A DNA stretch of 61,945 nt, the filler included, from Mustelus asterias (Eukaryota): NCBI RefSeq assembly GCF_964213995.1. It is 6 parts of 6 records of this genome, joined end to end, with 100 filler letters (N's around TTAATTAATTAA, not from the genome) between each part and the next. Parts side by side here need not be neighbours in the genome. Positions count along the whole stretch, not along the records: positions 60,636 to 61,945 come from NW_027592965.1; 5 more parts are not named here. One strand, written 5' to 3'. The translations under genes were made by a program, and so were the position numbers. Below are positions 60,636-61,945 of this stretch, piece after piece; the first letter of the stretch is position 1, and each line of letters opens with the position of its first letter. The notes below the pieces were generated by a model. That model did not search any database. It was not told the origin of the DNA and saw only the letters and a list, made by a program, of their open reading frames with translations.

Positions 60636-61945
60636 GTTGTACAAGAGGGGGGAATATTATAACACAGGCTGACCAGAGTCAGGGGTTATCAGAGAAAGGG
60701 GGCAATTGAGGGGGGGGGGGGGAATCAGACAGGGGGTCTGTTGTACAGGATGGGGGTGCGGGATGTTATAACACAGGCTGCTCAGTGTCAGGGGAATTAG
60801 TCGTTTGAACGTTAATGTTTAAAATGGGCAGAGTTTCCACATCCAACTCCACCAGGAGCTGTTTACAGGGGGGTGGTGGACGGGGATAGATGTGTGGTGG
60901 GGGGGGGGGGGGGGGGGGGGGTTACTAATTAGAAGGGGGGGGATCTGTCAGTCCAGAGGCTGTTCACAGGGAGGGAGTGGGAATTTGCCAGGTTGAGAGG
61001 GGTGGGGGGAAAGAGGGGAACTTAGAGGGATATTCAGCCGGGGGGCTTTGAAGATGGTTTGGGCAGTGGGGGAGCGGGGTACGGGGCTCAGAGGGAAGGA
61101 TCGGGAGATTTAGAGGGATTGTGAGGAGGGACAACAGATTTGGCTGGAGTGGGGGGGGGGGGGAATTGGGATTGGAGAAGATTGGGCAGAGAGGATCAGG
61201 GGGAGGGGCAGAGAGGATCGGGAGGAGGGGCAGAGAGAGATTGGGCAGAGGGGAGGTTCAGAGGGGTTTAAGTGGAGGGACTGAGAGTGGGTTTGGGCAG
61301 TGGGGATTTAAAGGGGGTTTTGGGGGGTGGGGAACCTGGAGGGGAGAGGGGAATTTGGGGGTGAGAGATTGAGTGCGGCAGGTTTAGGATTGGGAGTGGG
61401 TTCAGGAGTCGGGGGGGATTAGGCTCAGTGGGGGTTGGGTCTGTCGGTGGGTGTGGGGTTCGGGTCTGTCGGTGGGGGTGGGGTTCGGGTCTGTCGGTGG
61501 GGGTGGGGTTCGGGTCTGTCGGTGGGGGTGGGGTTCGGGTCTGTCGGTGGGGGTGGGTGTGGGGTTCGGGTCTGTCGGTGGGGGCTGGGTCTGTCGGTGG
61601 GGGTGGGGTTTGGGTCTGTCGGTGGGGGTGGGGTTTGGGTCTGTCGGTGGGGGTGGGGTTTGGGTCTGTCGGTGGGGGTGGGGTTTGGGTCTGTCGGTGG
61701 GGGTGGGGTTTGGGTCTGTCGGTGGGGGTGGGGTTTGGGGACAGGAGTTCAGGAGCTGGGGAGGGGCCCCTATGGATAGGGCTGGGATTTGGGGGGAGGG
61801 GGGGTGAAATCCTGGTGGGACTGGAGGGTCTCAGAGGAATTGGTCAGGGCGGGTCTGAGAGGGGGGGACAGCTCGGGGGGGGGAACAAGCGGGGGGGGGG
61901 GGGGGGAACAAGCGGGGGGGGGGGGGGGAACAAGCGGGGGGCGGG
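60636..61945. repeat. Reverse-complement copy of 1-1284
   Basis: See the feature at 1-1284. Confidence 0.95.

Noticed and set aside
1-61945. Whole window as one giant TIR transposon (Polinton/Transib-like)
   Set aside because: No transposase, integrase or polymerase is present, and the terminal copy is a separate unordered contig.

Overview
Unfinished vertebrate genomic assembly, almost certainly from a shark or ray (elasmobranch), judged from its SINEs, CR1/Rex1/Penelope elements, minisatellites and V-gene style. It is six contigs joined by artificial 100-bp N44-TTAATTAATTAA-N44 linkers, so order and orientation between contigs are unproven. Main content: (1) five spliced exons of a PARP14-like gene on the minus strand (macrodomain, KH-like segment, WWE) that seems to end before any catalytic domain, with introns filled by 33-, 29- and 69-bp minisatellites; (2) a T-cell receptor alpha/delta-type V array with 23-bp-spacer RSSs: four apparently intact V genes (one inverted with an intronless leader), one leaderless V, one V with no RSS, one chimeric V remnant with a perfect RSS, and one orphan leader; (3) a C2H2 zinc-finger gene fused to that patchwork; (4) two decayed tRNA-Val copies in ~1.1-kb tandem units; (5) many retroelements. 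Best leads: 56-bp tandem arrays carrying a perfect RSS heptamer plus a partial 12-spaced nonamer among the V genes, the intronless V, the catalytic-domain-less PARP14 paralog, and an unexplained spliced transcription unit. No D, J or C segments were recognised. Repeat boundaries are approximate because they were read by eye.
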